The notes under the pieces: generated by a model
The model's database searches: none
Told to the model about the DNA's origin: nothing
The model's input: the letters and a program-made list of their open reading frames with translations, nothing else
Virus record (IMG/VR): IMGVR_UViG_3300050122_000263
Location: 496,001-560,000 of that record
Strand: one strand, 5' to 3'
Length of the DNA: 64,000 nucleotides
Made by a program: the position numbers and the translations under genes
Part shown: piece by piece, positions 9,734-19,249 of the stretch
Layout of the letters: every line of letters starts with the position of its first letter
Position numbering within the stretch: position 1 is the first letter of the stretch

Positions 9734-10252
9734 TCAAGCCTCTTCTTTATCCTTAGCGGCTGTATCAGAAACACCAACATTTCCAGCACTCTGTATTTGA
9801 GCCGGCTCAGCCTCTCGTATTATGCGCTGATAATCTTCATCGATGCGCCGACAGTAGCGCGCCAGATGTTTGCCGGCTTGTAGTAAGACATATGCTATCA
9901 ACGCCACTATAGCCAGAGCACAGCAGAACATGGCACCCACTAGCTCACACATAAACAGCTCATTCTTGGTGCATCCGGGATAGTTACCATGAGAGTCTTT
10001 GTCCCAGGTCTCCATAATCAACATGGACCAAAGTGCTCCAATCACAAACAAGATACCACAGATAAAGCCAGCTCCTAATATACCGCCTATAATCCATAGC
10101 AAATTACAGGCTAAACTACAACGAAAATCAGCACAATTGCACTCATCCAAGCAGACCCGCTTACAGGCGAAACAACAGCGAGCACAGCATTTCCGCGGTC
10201 TCGGCACAACAATGAGGTCCTCCTCATCCTGCAGCAGAGATACACTTTCCAT
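9734..10252 (-). CDS. Cys-rich two-TM membrane protein
   Basis: KCCARCCFACKRVCLDECNC precedes two hydrophobic helices. Confidence 0.75.
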   Translation of the reverse strand: MESVSLLQDEEDLIVVPRPRKCCARCCFACKRVCLDECNCADFRCSLACNLLWIIGGILGAGFICGILFVIGALWSMLIMETWDKDSHGNYPGCTKNELFMCELVGAMFCCALAIVALIAYVLLQAGKHLARYCRRIDEDYQRIIREAEPAQIQSAGNVGVSDTAAKDKEEA

Positions 10253-10322
10253 CTTTATTTACTCCCTGACAGGAAGTTTAAGCAACTCATTTCATTTTAC
10301 CCGAAGATCATGACTCTGGTAG

Positions 10323-10541
10323 TTATTTGGGGCAACCAACGCAGCCACCCTGTTTCTTAGTTTGATTGATATAGGCTACCCAGGCTAGAATGGCCAATAT
10401 GACCACAATGATCAACACGACGATGGCACCAACTCCGCTGCCTGTGTTGGCATCCTTTGGCCCCCTCTCTCCCGGCCCTTTCTCACCATTTGCAGGACTG
10501 CCTGTTTCTTTTGGCTTGTCACCACTGTTGCCTGCTTCCAT
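10323..10541 (-). CDS. Small single-TM protein with C-terminal GGCVGCPK
   Basis: ATG at 10541 gives 72 aa: polar N-terminus, AIVVLIIVVILAILAWVAY, CxxC tail. Confidence 0.65.
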   Translation of the reverse strand: MEAGNSGDKPKETGSPANGEKGPGERGPKDANTGSGVGAIVVLIIVVILAILAWVAYINQTKKQGGCVGCPK

Positions 10542-10611
10542 AGCCTTTATTTGTAAAAATAAAATCCAGAAACTGTAACTCAAGTTATACAAATCCAGAG
10601 CTGTAAAGGCA

Positions 10612-10983
10612 ATGATACAGAATAAATTACTACCCCGCGGCTCAACTCTGCAACTTAAGACTAGATTGGCCACACTGCAAGTTACACTGACTCAAGACAT
10701 TGATCTAAGCACAGATGTCTATAATGAGGAGGATTGGGGTGCTGGCTCTGATCTATGTATTAATAAAAGGATTAGCCTACCAGACGAGCAGTCTTTGTTG
10801 ACGCCCTTCTGGTGCTATTTCACCTGTTACAACCAAAACCCGCGTCGGCTACGCATCATCTGGTCAGAACGACATAACGAGCCCTGGCTCATAGCAGACC
10901 TACATGATATGGGCTGCTTTATTGCAGAATATCCATTACGTCTAATTCCAAACATCCCAGAGATTCCCGTTATCCCTACTTAA
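10612..10983 (+). CDS. Hypothetical protein
   Basis: 123 aa ATG ORF; does not overlap its neighbour if that gene starts at 10541. Confidence 0.55.
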   Translation: MIQNKLLPRGSTLQLKTRLATLQVTLTQDIDLSTDVYNEEDWGAGSDLCINKRISLPDEQSLLTPFWCYFTCYNQNPRRLRIIWSERHNEPWLIADLHDMGCFIAEYPLRLIPNIPEIPVIPT

Positions 10984-11008
10984 TCATCTAAATCTAGATG
11001 ATTAACAC

Positions 11009-11914
11009 TTAGTTGCGGCCATAGCTGTAGCCCGATCTTAGGCCGGAGTTGAAACCTGGGTTAAGACTCAGACTGCTGAGAGGCTCATTGAAGCTGGTGA
11101 GATTAGGAGTTCTGCGGATGGGTGTATTAGCTTCACTGCCGGAAATGCCGGTTCTAATTTCAGCTCCAATTCCGGTCCCAGCTCCAGGCCCAACCCCGCT
11201 AATAAAGCGATGCAGTGAGGCAATAGTTTCCTGGTTCTTAGCGATCTTATGGTACAACAGCTCCTCAAACACGATCTTCTGCTGATCTAGGATAAGAGCG
11301 ATGGCGCTAGATCGCCAGATATCGGCCCAAGCTTGTGTCTGATTGGGGCCAGTGCCTGTATCGTGCTGTAGCTTGGCAACAAACTTATCATTGAAACCAT
11401 ACCAGAGGGCCCAGCGCATCAAATCATTGGGTGACAGATATTCTGTCATTCCCTTAGTCAGGATGCCAGCCATCAGAAGGCCAACTTCGTAATGACCGAA
11501 GTTAACTTCATACAAGCTAACCTCAGCCTTGATGATGCGCCAGATGTAAGTGGATAAGTAATTCTTGTCCTGATTGCTAGCTTCAAACTCCTTACGCTCG
11601 GTTGGATGTGTGGAGGTGTAATTGGATACAATTGAGCGTAGAGTTTGATCCGAGAAAGCTTCAGGCTTCTGGGCCTTACCCACGCGCAGCTGCAAGATGT
11701 TACGACGCATTGTCTCAGCTTGTAGGCTAAGATATGAGTATTCTGGATCGGACTGCACTAATGCTGCTGTTGTGTCCATACGCCCGGCCATCCAGGGTGT
11801 CACCAGCTGCCAGTTCTGGAACAGCCAACTTTGCTCAACACTTCTCACTTCTACAACTGTCTCTTGCATAGGCGCGACTGTGGTTTGCTCTGCTTTATTA
11901 GACTCGTTACCCAT
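11009..11914 (-). CDS. Hypothetical protein (starts MGNESNK, possible myristoylation)
   Basis: First ATG at 11914; about 300 aa; Ser/Gly-rich tail. Confidence 0.7.
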   Translation of the reverse strand: MGNESNKAEQTTVAPMQETVVEVRSVEQSWLFQNWQLVTPWMAGRMDTTAALVQSDPEYSYLSLQAETMRRNILQLRVGKAQKPEAFSDQTLRSIVSNYTSTHPTERKEFEASNQDKNYLSTYIWRIIKAEVSLYEVNFGHYEVGLLMAGILTKGMTEYLSPNDLMRWALWYGFNDKFVAKLQHDTGTGPNQTQAWADIWRSSAIALILDQQKIVFEELLYHKIAKNQETIASLHRFISGVGPGAGTGIGAEIRTGISGSEANTPIRRTPNLTSFNEPLSSLSLNPGFNSGLRSGYSYGRN

Positions 11915-12058
11915 TTTAGTTTGCAATTTTTATTTTACAGCGTATTATTCATTCTAACCAGATTCAGCTCAGGTTAAGGTGGAGTTGTGATGCAAACAGT
12001 TACACAACTCCACCATCAATAGGTATGTCCAAGTTTAAGACAGCGCTTCTAAGTGGGT

Positions 12059-12084
12059 AAAACAGCAGATATGCTGTTTTTAAC
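12059..12084 (-). terminator. 3' hairpin
   Basis: AAAACAGCA-gata-TGCTGTTTT followed by TAAC, just downstream of the 12097 stop. Confidence 0.6.
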
Positions 12085-12096
12085 AATCATCCATGA

Positions 12097-12561
12097 TTAT
12101 TTACGGCGTTTCAGGCGCAGATGATAGCCACCAATAACGGTCTTGCCTGGCTGCCAGTCCCGTTCTGGGCTATGGAAACGAGTCAGGATGTCTTTCAGCT
12201 CAAACTCTGCAGTTTGCTCATCTCTGACATAGTAGATTTGGTTGTTGACGAAACCAGCCGCCTCCAACAGTATGGCCTTCAGTTCTGGCAGATCTGCGAT
12301 TGTCTTTAGTTCTCCAATTCTGTATCTATCGACCTCATGATAGAGGTGTCCTAGCTTGCTGCACATCTCATCAAGGCTGGGCGGTACAACTCCATATTCC
12401 TGCCGCCCCTTAACGATAGCTGACAGTAAACGATAGAAAAACTTGAGCACTGAGTAACCATTGAGTCGGTCACAGCCAGAGCCGATGTGGCAAACCCGTT
12501 TCTCCAAGTGTCTCCATCCATCATTAACTCTTATGTAAATGTAGTAGTCGCGTGAGCTCAT
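12097..12561 (-). CDS. Hypothetical protein
   Basis: 154 aa ATG ORF. Confidence 0.7.
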   Translation of the reverse strand: MSSRDYYIYIRVNDGWRHLEKRVCHIGSGCDRLNGYSVLKFFYRLLSAIVKGRQEYGVVPPSLDEMCSKLGHLYHEVDRYRIGELKTIADLPELKAILLEAAGFVNNQIYYVRDEQTAEFELKDILTRFHSPERDWQPGKTVIGGYHLRLKRRK

Positions 12562-12598
12562 TTCTCACGTAAAATTTGATGAGGTGATGATTCAGTTT

Positions 12599-13501
12599 TT
12601 AAGCTGGATGCCTAGCCACATCAGTTTTAACACCCGTGTTGAAGTAAGCCAGCCGCTTAGCTCTGGCTATCTCAGCTTGAGACTGAGGCCTTGCGGGCTG
12701 AGTTGCAGCTCTAATATGGTTGATTGCATATGTCTGAGTTACAGGAGCTGTTGCTATTTCATCGATATCCACCAGTTGCAGCGGTACAAAAACTCGGTTG
12801 AGAGGCTGTACTGTCATAGTGAAGATTTCCTCTCCATTCACCAGAGTTGGGCCAGTCACAGCAGGTTGTGAGGGAGCAGATCCCACCTGCTGAGTCTCCC
12901 CCAGACCAACCATCTTCAACCATTCATGCCGTTTAGTACTGCGGAAGGAGGCTAAACAGATAGATCCGTCCTTTGGACCTCGCTGCATCTTGGAGGAGAG
13001 TCGAGCACAGTTTGTCATAACCAGATGCTTGAGCCAAGGGCCAGTCCTAGCACAGAGCGCGTAGAAGGTGGAGAGGGTGGCCCAGGTTAATGATTTGGTC
13101 ACCTTGCGGCTCTTATTGTCTTGTCTATATTTGCATTGAATGGCTGTGAACTGTATGCTGTTGCTAAACCCGGAACTGGCTATCAGATCAATGCCAATAT
13201 CAGCCGTACCCAGGCGCAGATAGGCACGCAGCTCGGCAGGCACATCACGCAGCATCCAGACCTCCTGATAGCGGCCGGTTGCCAATAACCAATCTCGACA
13301 GAACTGCTCCCAAACTCGCCCCTTAGCAGTCTTATCATCGCGCTGCTTCATCTCTGCAATACTCTGCACGGGGCGGTGGAAATAGTCTTCCAGCTGCTGA
13401 AGCAACAAGTCAAAGACCGTGACTGTAGCTGGCAGAGTCTTGGATAACAACATGTGTATAATCTTTTCTGTCTCAAACAGAGGGGTAGTAGAGCCCTGCA
13501 T
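12599..13501 (-). CDS. Mrr-like / type IV restriction endonuclease-fold (PD-(D/E)xK) protein
   Basis: GRVWEQFC...YQEVW...ADIGIDLIA...AIQCKYR is the D-x-G-I-D...Q-C-K motif of Mrr_cat-type nucleases. First ATG at 13501. Confidence 0.75.
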   Translation of the reverse strand: MQGSTTPLFETEKIIHMLLSKTLPATVTVFDLLLQQLEDYFHRPVQSIAEMKQRDDKTAKGRVWEQFCRDWLLATGRYQEVWMLRDVPAELRAYLRLGTADIGIDLIASSGFSNSIQFTAIQCKYRQDNKSRKVTKSLTWATLSTFYALCARTGPWLKHLVMTNCARLSSKMQRGPKDGSICLASFRSTKRHEWLKMVGLGETQQVGSAPSQPAVTGPTLVNGEEIFTMTVQPLNRVFVPLQLVDIDEIATAPVTQTYAINHIRAATQPARPQSQAEIARAKRLAYFNTGVKTDVARHPA

Positions 13502-14005
13502 GTACACGAGGTTATTCAAGGTGTTTGTTGAGGCGCTATTTGCAATAGGCAGTGGCAAACGAGGCTAGTCACTTATATATTCAAGCTGTTTTTTCTTGCC
13601 TCTTATTCAGGGTGAAAATTAGAGTAAGAGAAGAGATCTGATCCCACCTGGTTATAGAAACCTGCTTGAAAGAAGGCCGTGTCAAAAGAAATAGCAACCA
13701 GCGCCGATGAATCAGCAATATCTTCTCGTCTGTGTAGGCGGCGAAATTAGATTGATGCGACCAATTGTGGGAGATATGTTTGCCCCTCGTTATGCCCAGA
13801 AAGGGACAATTGGAGCTATTCTACCTCTTCCTGAAGCGGAAGGGACTCAGACTAGCAGATCAGATGATTCAAGACATCATAGCAAATCAGCCACAATTCA
13901 TTAGGGAACTTAACCTAAAGTTTAAAAAATACAGCAACACTGCTGTATTTAGCCAAAATAGAAAATGTTTGTACAACTGCTGAGCTCAACATGTGAAAGT
14001 TGTAA

Positions 14006-16006
14006 ATGAAAGCTAAGATTAAGGAGGCCGCCGATGCCAATAGCACTCATATCTTACATCGATACAAGAATATTTGCCGTTTAATTGCGGCCCTCCATCC
14101 AGCAGCCTATCGCATGCTAGTTAGAATTTTACACTGGTTCTGGGAGGAGCTGCGCAGTGTAGGCTGTGACATGTATCCACTCTCCACAGAAGATGCTACT
14201 AAGAACCGAGGTCAGCGCGACTATTGGAAACGGCATTTCATGAGAGCTTACATGGAATCTGGGCCGTTAGATGAGATTCCCACCCAAGAAGGCAATCCAG
14301 TTGTCTTCCCCATTATTGGCAACATGGTGTTTGGCAATAAAGTATTTGCTGTAACTGGTATGTTTAGGGAAAGCATTATGTTTTTCAAGGGCAAGAAACA
14401 TGGCACGGATGAGATGAGTCGCTTTGGCAATCATAAGAAAGTGTTTACTATCTACTTCCTGGCTTCAGATCAGGGTCGATATTCACATAAAGAGTTTCCT
14501 GACTACGCTCTCGTCAACTGTGTCAGGGGTCAGCTCGTTGTTCACATCAACTCGCTCTACAACGTGCTGCCTAATAGATCGTATTATGGCACTGAGATAA
14601 GTCTTTGGGAGGGTCTGAAAGCTCACGGTATCCAATTCAGAATTCACGGGGAGACAAATAAAGTCGAGGAGTTCAAATATTCGATCACTCGAGTCAGAGA
14701 TAAACAGTTCCCGTTGGACCCTCATGATGAATATTGGCAGGATGAGTGTAATGTTCTTATTTCCAAACGCCGAACTCTAATCTCTGGTGGGAAACATGGA
14801 TCCTCTGTTCGCACTGAAGAACGCGGTAGAGAATGGGGCGACTTTCAGAATAACAAGCGAGAAGGCACATGGTATTGGCAGCCTAATATGATCATAAAAG
14901 ATGAGATGGGAGGAATTAGATATAAGCCTCCAGGTTCCCGGCCAGGGAACCAGGGGCTATGTCCAACTCTTACGTTGGGCGACGCTCCACCAGAACCCTT
15001 CACTCCAGACTCCCGTACTTATAAACAAGGTAAGTTACATGGTCCAGCCACTCTCTACAAACGACCCTCAACACATTGGGCTCGGCACTATAGGGGCAGA
15101 ATTGTCTTGGTTACTCGCTTAGGTCCTAAGGGCTATACATTGGGTCCTTTTTCAGATCGCACAGGGCCTTACTACCCAACTGAGCAGGAGACGCTTGAAG
15201 CCAAGGAGTATGGTATGAACCTCTATTATGAAGATAACGAGTTAACACAGTCCACCCACAAATATTTCTATGTGACGGGGCCTAAACAAGGCGTGCGTTT
15301 TGCCGAATTCAATTATCTCTACAACTCCAATCAGCAGCTCAAAGCTTGGTATCAAAGCGGGACACTCTTCTTAGATGAGATGATCAAGTTAGCAGCTTTC
15401 GGCCCCGTTGCCACTTTGTACCGAAGTGATGGGAGCATCGCAGCTCAATGGAGCCGCAGAGAGGGTAAATCCGAACGTTCAAATCATCTGGAGTTAGTGA
15501 CTCATCACCCTTGCGGTGCTAGAGGCATTCCTGGTGTGGCAGACAACACAACACGTCAACTACGTTTCCGTGGTAATGATATAGATGTTCTGCATGGAAG
15601 CTGTCGCATCTACATCGCTAACTCGCGTTGGTGTGCCACCTTCGCTCACAATGTGCTGAAGAAAGTAACGGTAACTGTCTGGCGTGAGCCGGCTCCTGTT
15701 GTTATTTACAAGATAACCCTTACAAGTAAGCAAAGCAAGGGAGATCCTGAAGACAAGATGATTACTCTGGTTAACCAGCTTTTCCGCAAATACTTCCAAC
15801 ATGAGATAGTAGACGCTCCCAGCATCGCTATGCTCAGTGAGTTCTATTATACCCTAAACAAGACCAGTTTGCTATTCCCCAAGAGCTATCCCTTCTGGGA
15901 GAACCTAATTTATGTGGGACGCTACACAGAGCACTGGCAAGCAGCTGATGATGCTTTATCCTTCATTAACGGGGCCCGTTCCCGAATAATAAGTTTGAAC
16001 TGTTGA
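14006..16006 (+). CDS. MORN-variant repeat-like protein
   Basis: Recurrent GKKHG, REGTWYWQPN, YKQGKLHGP and WYQSGTL segments, typical of MORN-variant proteins of large DNA viruses. Confidence 0.55.
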   Translation: MKAKIKEAADANSTHILHRYKNICRLIAALHPAAYRMLVRILHWFWEELRSVGCDMYPLSTEDATKNRGQRDYWKRHFMRAYMESGPLDEIPTQEGNPVVFPIIGNMVFGNKVFAVTGMFRESIMFFKGKKHGTDEMSRFGNHKKVFTIYFLASDQGRYSHKEFPDYALVNCVRGQLVVHINSLYNVLPNRSYYGTEISLWEGLKAHGIQFRIHGETNKVEEFKYSITRVRDKQFPLDPHDEYWQDECNVLISKRRTLISGGKHGSSVRTEERGREWGDFQNNKREGTWYWQPNMIIKDEMGGIRYKPPGSRPGNQGLCPTLTLGDAPPEPFTPDSRTYKQGKLHGPATLYKRPSTHWARHYRGRIVLVTRLGPKGYTLGPFSDRTGPYYPTEQETLEAKEYGMNLYYEDNELTQSTHKYFYVTGPKQGVRFAEFNYLYNSNQQLKAWYQSGTLFLDEMIKLAAFGPVATLYRSDGSIAAQWSRREGKSERSNHLELVTHHPCGARGIPGVADNTTRQLRFRGNDIDVLHGSCRIYIANSRWCATFAHNVLKKVTVTVWREPAPVVIYKITLTSKQSKGDPEDKMITLVNQLFRKYFQHEIVDAPSIAMLSEFYYTLNKTSLLFPKSYPFWENLIYVGRYTEHWQAADDALSFINGARSRIISLNC

Positions 16007-16017
16007 TTTTCAAAAAC

Positions 16018-16037
16018 TCAGCCTAAGTTTAGGCTGA
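16018..16037 (+). terminator. 3' hairpin
   Basis: CAAAAAC then TCAGCCTAA-gt-TTAGGCTGA. Confidence 0.6.
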
Positions 16038-16094
16038 ATTAATTCAAACAAGTGAGAATTGATCTCCACACGTCCATCCATTATCTCTACTCAA

Positions 16095-17201
16095 ATGGAG
16101 GGCACTCAGCATAACAAGCTTAACGGTAGCTTCTCCTTCCAAAGAGTGATATCGACTGAGACCCGTATTGTGGTGCAAGGCATTTGGCACACTGCCATCG
16201 AGGATATCCATGCTGTAGTCAAGTTCGAGTGGGAAACATCTCGCAACGCAGATGCTCTCTTGTATGAGCTACTAAAGGATCGAGGTCTACCTGTTGAGAA
16301 GTTGCTGTTCTCCTGCATCAATGCCGAGCAGATACAAGCCTGTATCAGTAATTATGATGAGCTAATCGCGGCTATTCGTGAGCATAGGGTGGCTCAGGCT
16401 GAAGCGGCTGTGGCTCGTTTCAATATGCCCTCTCAGATAGCCTACCAAGATGGGGCGGATCAAATCGTGGTTGATATGATAGTTGTTGATGAGGTTGTGG
16501 TACTGGTTGAGATGAATGTTTTCCAATTCATTGAAGGTATTAGCCTGCAGAAGTATCTACGACAATTGACGATAAATCATTTACAAATGCCTAGAGATAT
16601 CAGACATAATACTCTGCTGGCAATCAAGAAAGCGCTGTGCCATCAGATCCTGGCTACCTCAGAGCGCATCCATCGACTAGGCGTGGTTTGGGGTGACCTC
16701 TGCATGAAGAATATGATTGTCGGGCCTCTTATAGAGACCGATATAAGTGATGATCTACCCTGGATACCCGAGCAACCTACCTGTTTCATCTGCAACGCAG
16801 GTGTTCCGGAAGAGGAACATGATGTCTGTGTACAAGTCTACTTCATCGACTTTGCCAATGGTTGTACATCTCCCTATGCTCGCTTTGATCATGCATATCC
16901 CACCATTGCTCCTCCCGAAGGATGTGGCGATGATGCCAAGAGCTGGTTACATTTGGATGTTGATAATCTCTCTTCCCTGGTAATGGGTATCTTATACGAC
17001 CTACCTGCAAATCCTAGGAGAACTCCATATATCACAGAATGTATGGAGTTCTTTAACATGATGCAAGACTGCGAGAACTGCAAACGTTGTCGTAACCGTA
17101 AGAGCCCTGTAGAGCCGCTACCCATCACGCAGAAGTATTTAACCATTATGCAACTTATTGAGCCTGTTAGACCGGCTCGTAATGTTGAAATTCGTGAGTA
17201 A
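16095..17201 (+). CDS. Divergent protein kinase-like protein
   Basis: HRLGVVWGDLCMKNMIV (catalytic loop) and YFIDFANG (DFG-like); no Gly-rich loop seen. First ATG at 16095. Confidence 0.7.
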   Translation: MEGTQHNKLNGSFSFQRVISTETRIVVQGIWHTAIEDIHAVVKFEWETSRNADALLYELLKDRGLPVEKLLFSCINAEQIQACISNYDELIAAIREHRVAQAEAAVARFNMPSQIAYQDGADQIVVDMIVVDEVVVLVEMNVFQFIEGISLQKYLRQLTINHLQMPRDIRHNTLLAIKKALCHQILATSERIHRLGVVWGDLCMKNMIVGPLIETDISDDLPWIPEQPTCFICNAGVPEEEHDVCVQVYFIDFANGCTSPYARFDHAYPTIAPPEGCGDDAKSWLHLDVDNLSSLVMGILYDLPANPRRTPYITECMEFFNMMQDCENCKRCRNRKSPVEPLPITQKYLTIMQLIEPVRPARNVEIRE

Positions 17202-17251
17202 AAACTCTTTGTTAATTGATCTCTGTTCAGAGGTCAAGTTTTTGTAACTGC

Positions 17252-18022
17252 TCATTTGCGAACACTAATCCACATAGCTGTGTTAACACCAGGGAAGTTT
17301 AAGGCTGGATATTCTATTGATGCGAACTCAGGGCTATGCTCCATGAAGTTAACATTGAAGGTGCAGCCTCCTTCCTTTTCTCCAATAATGATCACATATT
17401 TGCCGCCTCTCTTGATGTAGCTGGCAACTACTGAGGCTGGACATTGACCCCAAGACAGAAAGAGAGCTGAGTCGGTCGGCACTTCATATGTTTCATCCAC
17501 CGTAACAATCTCACTGTAGTAATAGCGATAAGCGTGCGTGAAGTTATCCACAGCTACCACTTGGTAGCCAGCTATTTGTCTCAATACTTGAGCGATGAGA
17601 CCAGTTCCAGTGCCAAAGTCAATAATTGGTACATCTAGGGGCACTATCAGACGAATAGCGGCTAACATGTCGTGTGATAGTAGCGCCCAACCAAAGTATT
17701 TGTTATAGATGGGCTTTTCAAGTGCTACTCCTACCTGCATGAGTTTCTCTGCAGTGACTGCTTCATACTTGGGTAAGAAAGTACTAACAGTGAATTGTAG
17801 CAAACGCTCCAACTGCTCCTTACTGGTTGAAATTTGTTGTGAGCTTTCCACTGAGCTAAAAATGCCAAACTTGATGTGATGTTCTGGTTGAACTTTCTGA
17901 CTGAAAGGTAGGCCGACATACTCGATCCATTCGTCGAGTAGTGTGTCAAATGTGATTGCCGCTGACTCTGTGACTTGAGAGTCAGAACTTGTGACTGATA
18001 TAGGTGTTGATCTGTCCTGCAT
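17252..18022 (-). CDS. Class I SAM-dependent methyltransferase
   Basis: IIDFGTGTGLIAQVL (motif I), VVAVDN, ALFLSW, YVIIIGEKEGGCT. Confidence 0.8.
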   Translation of the reverse strand: MQDRSTPISVTSSDSQVTESAAITFDTLLDEWIEYVGLPFSQKVQPEHHIKFGIFSSVESSQQISTSKEQLERLLQFTVSTFLPKYEAVTAEKLMQVGVALEKPIYNKYFGWALLSHDMLAAIRLIVPLDVPIIDFGTGTGLIAQVLRQIAGYQVVAVDNFTHAYRYYYSEIVTVDETYEVPTDSALFLSWGQCPASVVASYIKRGGKYVIIIGEKEGGCTFNVNFMEHSPEFASIEYPALNFPGVNTAMWISVRK

Positions 18023-18116
18023 TTCCAGAAATTTAATAGAGCTTCTGACTTAATCATTTTCTCCAACGAGCTCTGAAATAACGTAATCTCTGATTAGGGA
18101 TCAAGTTTTTAACAGT

Positions 18117-18977
18117 CTATGCATAGCGCGCGATCAAGATGGGCATAGCAATGAGGGCAAACAAGCAGAGTAAGATGACTATAGCTATGCAGCAAGCTTT
18201 GCGGCCCTGTTTACTGTGTTTCTCGGCCATCACTAGTTCCCTGACGCCTGCTGCACTGTGCTCAACACTCTTGTTGACATGATGTTCGATGGAATCAATC
18301 ATATGCCCCTGTTCATTGACTAGAAGGGAGAGGTCAAGGAAAAGCTGATGTAGTGTCAGTATATCAGCTTCCAGCTCCTTAATCTCCTTGCTCCTTTGAG
18401 TGAGCTGTTGCAGGTTGTGGGATGCTCTAACATGGGTTGAATCAAGTAGTGATTTGGGTTCATGCTCCAGGAAAGCTCTCTCAAACACTTCATCTTGGCC
18501 CTCATCTTCGATCTCAAGCATTGTCTTAGCCTCGCTTGGTCTAATACCCTTGACTAGAGCTAACTCACGAGCGCGCCTGTCTCGAATCGTCTCAGATACT
18601 TGCTTCTCCATGCCGTAGAGATCTCTGACGGCATTATGCAGATCACGTAGCATCAGAGATTTTATGTTCTGCCAGTCCTTAGCATCATGGGTGAAGAGTC
18701 GATATATCTTGGCCTTGATATCAACAGCTAAATTACGGCTCTGTCTGCTAACTAGCATGATCTTCTTCTCTGCTTCATCATCAACAGCCACCAGCAGTTG
18801 ACCATGTAGTTGCTCAAGCAGAGTGGTCTGGCCATTCAGGGTTATGATGTTGCGACGCACCTCTGCTGTGTATAGCAGCAAGTTGTCATGATCAACCACC
18901 TCCCGGCGCTTAGTAGGCTTACCTGTTGGGCGACGCTCAAGAGGAATGCTAGTCATATCAGTTTCGAACTCTGTCAT
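18117..18977 (-). CDS. Syntaxin (Qa-SNARE)
   Basis: Habc-like helices, SNARE motif RSKEIKELEADILTLHQLFLDLSLLVNEQGHMIDSIEHHV with zero-layer Q, and a C-terminal TM anchor. Confidence 0.92.
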   Translation of the reverse strand: MTEFETDMTSIPLERRPTGKPTKRREVVDHDNLLLYTAEVRRNIITLNGQTTLLEQLHGQLLVAVDDEAEKKIMLVSRQSRNLAVDIKAKIYRLFTHDAKDWQNIKSLMLRDLHNAVRDLYGMEKQVSETIRDRRARELALVKGIRPSEAKTMLEIEDEGQDEVFERAFLEHEPKSLLDSTHVRASHNLQQLTQRSKEIKELEADILTLHQLFLDLSLLVNEQGHMIDSIEHHVNKSVEHSAAGVRELVMAEKHSKQGRKACCIAIVILLCLFALIAMPILIARYA

Positions 18978-19249
18978 AGTGATTCAGCAACTAGCTCCTT
19001 AGCTACTGTACCTGGTTTATATGTTAAAAAGCGATTAATCGGCAAGACAGTTGTGGTTTATTCTTCATTTATCGCTCTAATTAGAGCCGCTATCTTCTAC
19101 GAGAGCGATAATAAGTTCCCCGTCACTCTGATCGCAGGGTTATAAACTCAGAGTTATGGGTACGGACAGGAATTGCTTGCCATAGCTCTCGATGACAAAA
19201 ACTCGAAAATGATGTACGGACGATATCTGCTCATAGCCGATAAAGTAAG

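Noticed and set aside
11978-12014. 12-bp-stem hairpin GGTGGAGTTGTG/CACAACTCCACC
   Set aside because: Single copy between co-directional genes, next to a standard 3' hairpin; cannot be separated from a second 3'-end signal.
17252-18022. Methyltransferase as the cognate DNA MTase of the Mrr-like nuclease
   Set aside because: Lacks DPPY/NPPY/SPPY or PC catalytic motifs and lies about 3.7 kb away.
18121-18720. Apparent excess of AGCT (hand count 8 in these 600 bp; 4 in each of two other 600-bp samples)
   Set aside because: Samples are small and the excess is plausibly explained by GCT/CAG/GAG/CTG codon use; a Markov-corrected k-mer test is needed.
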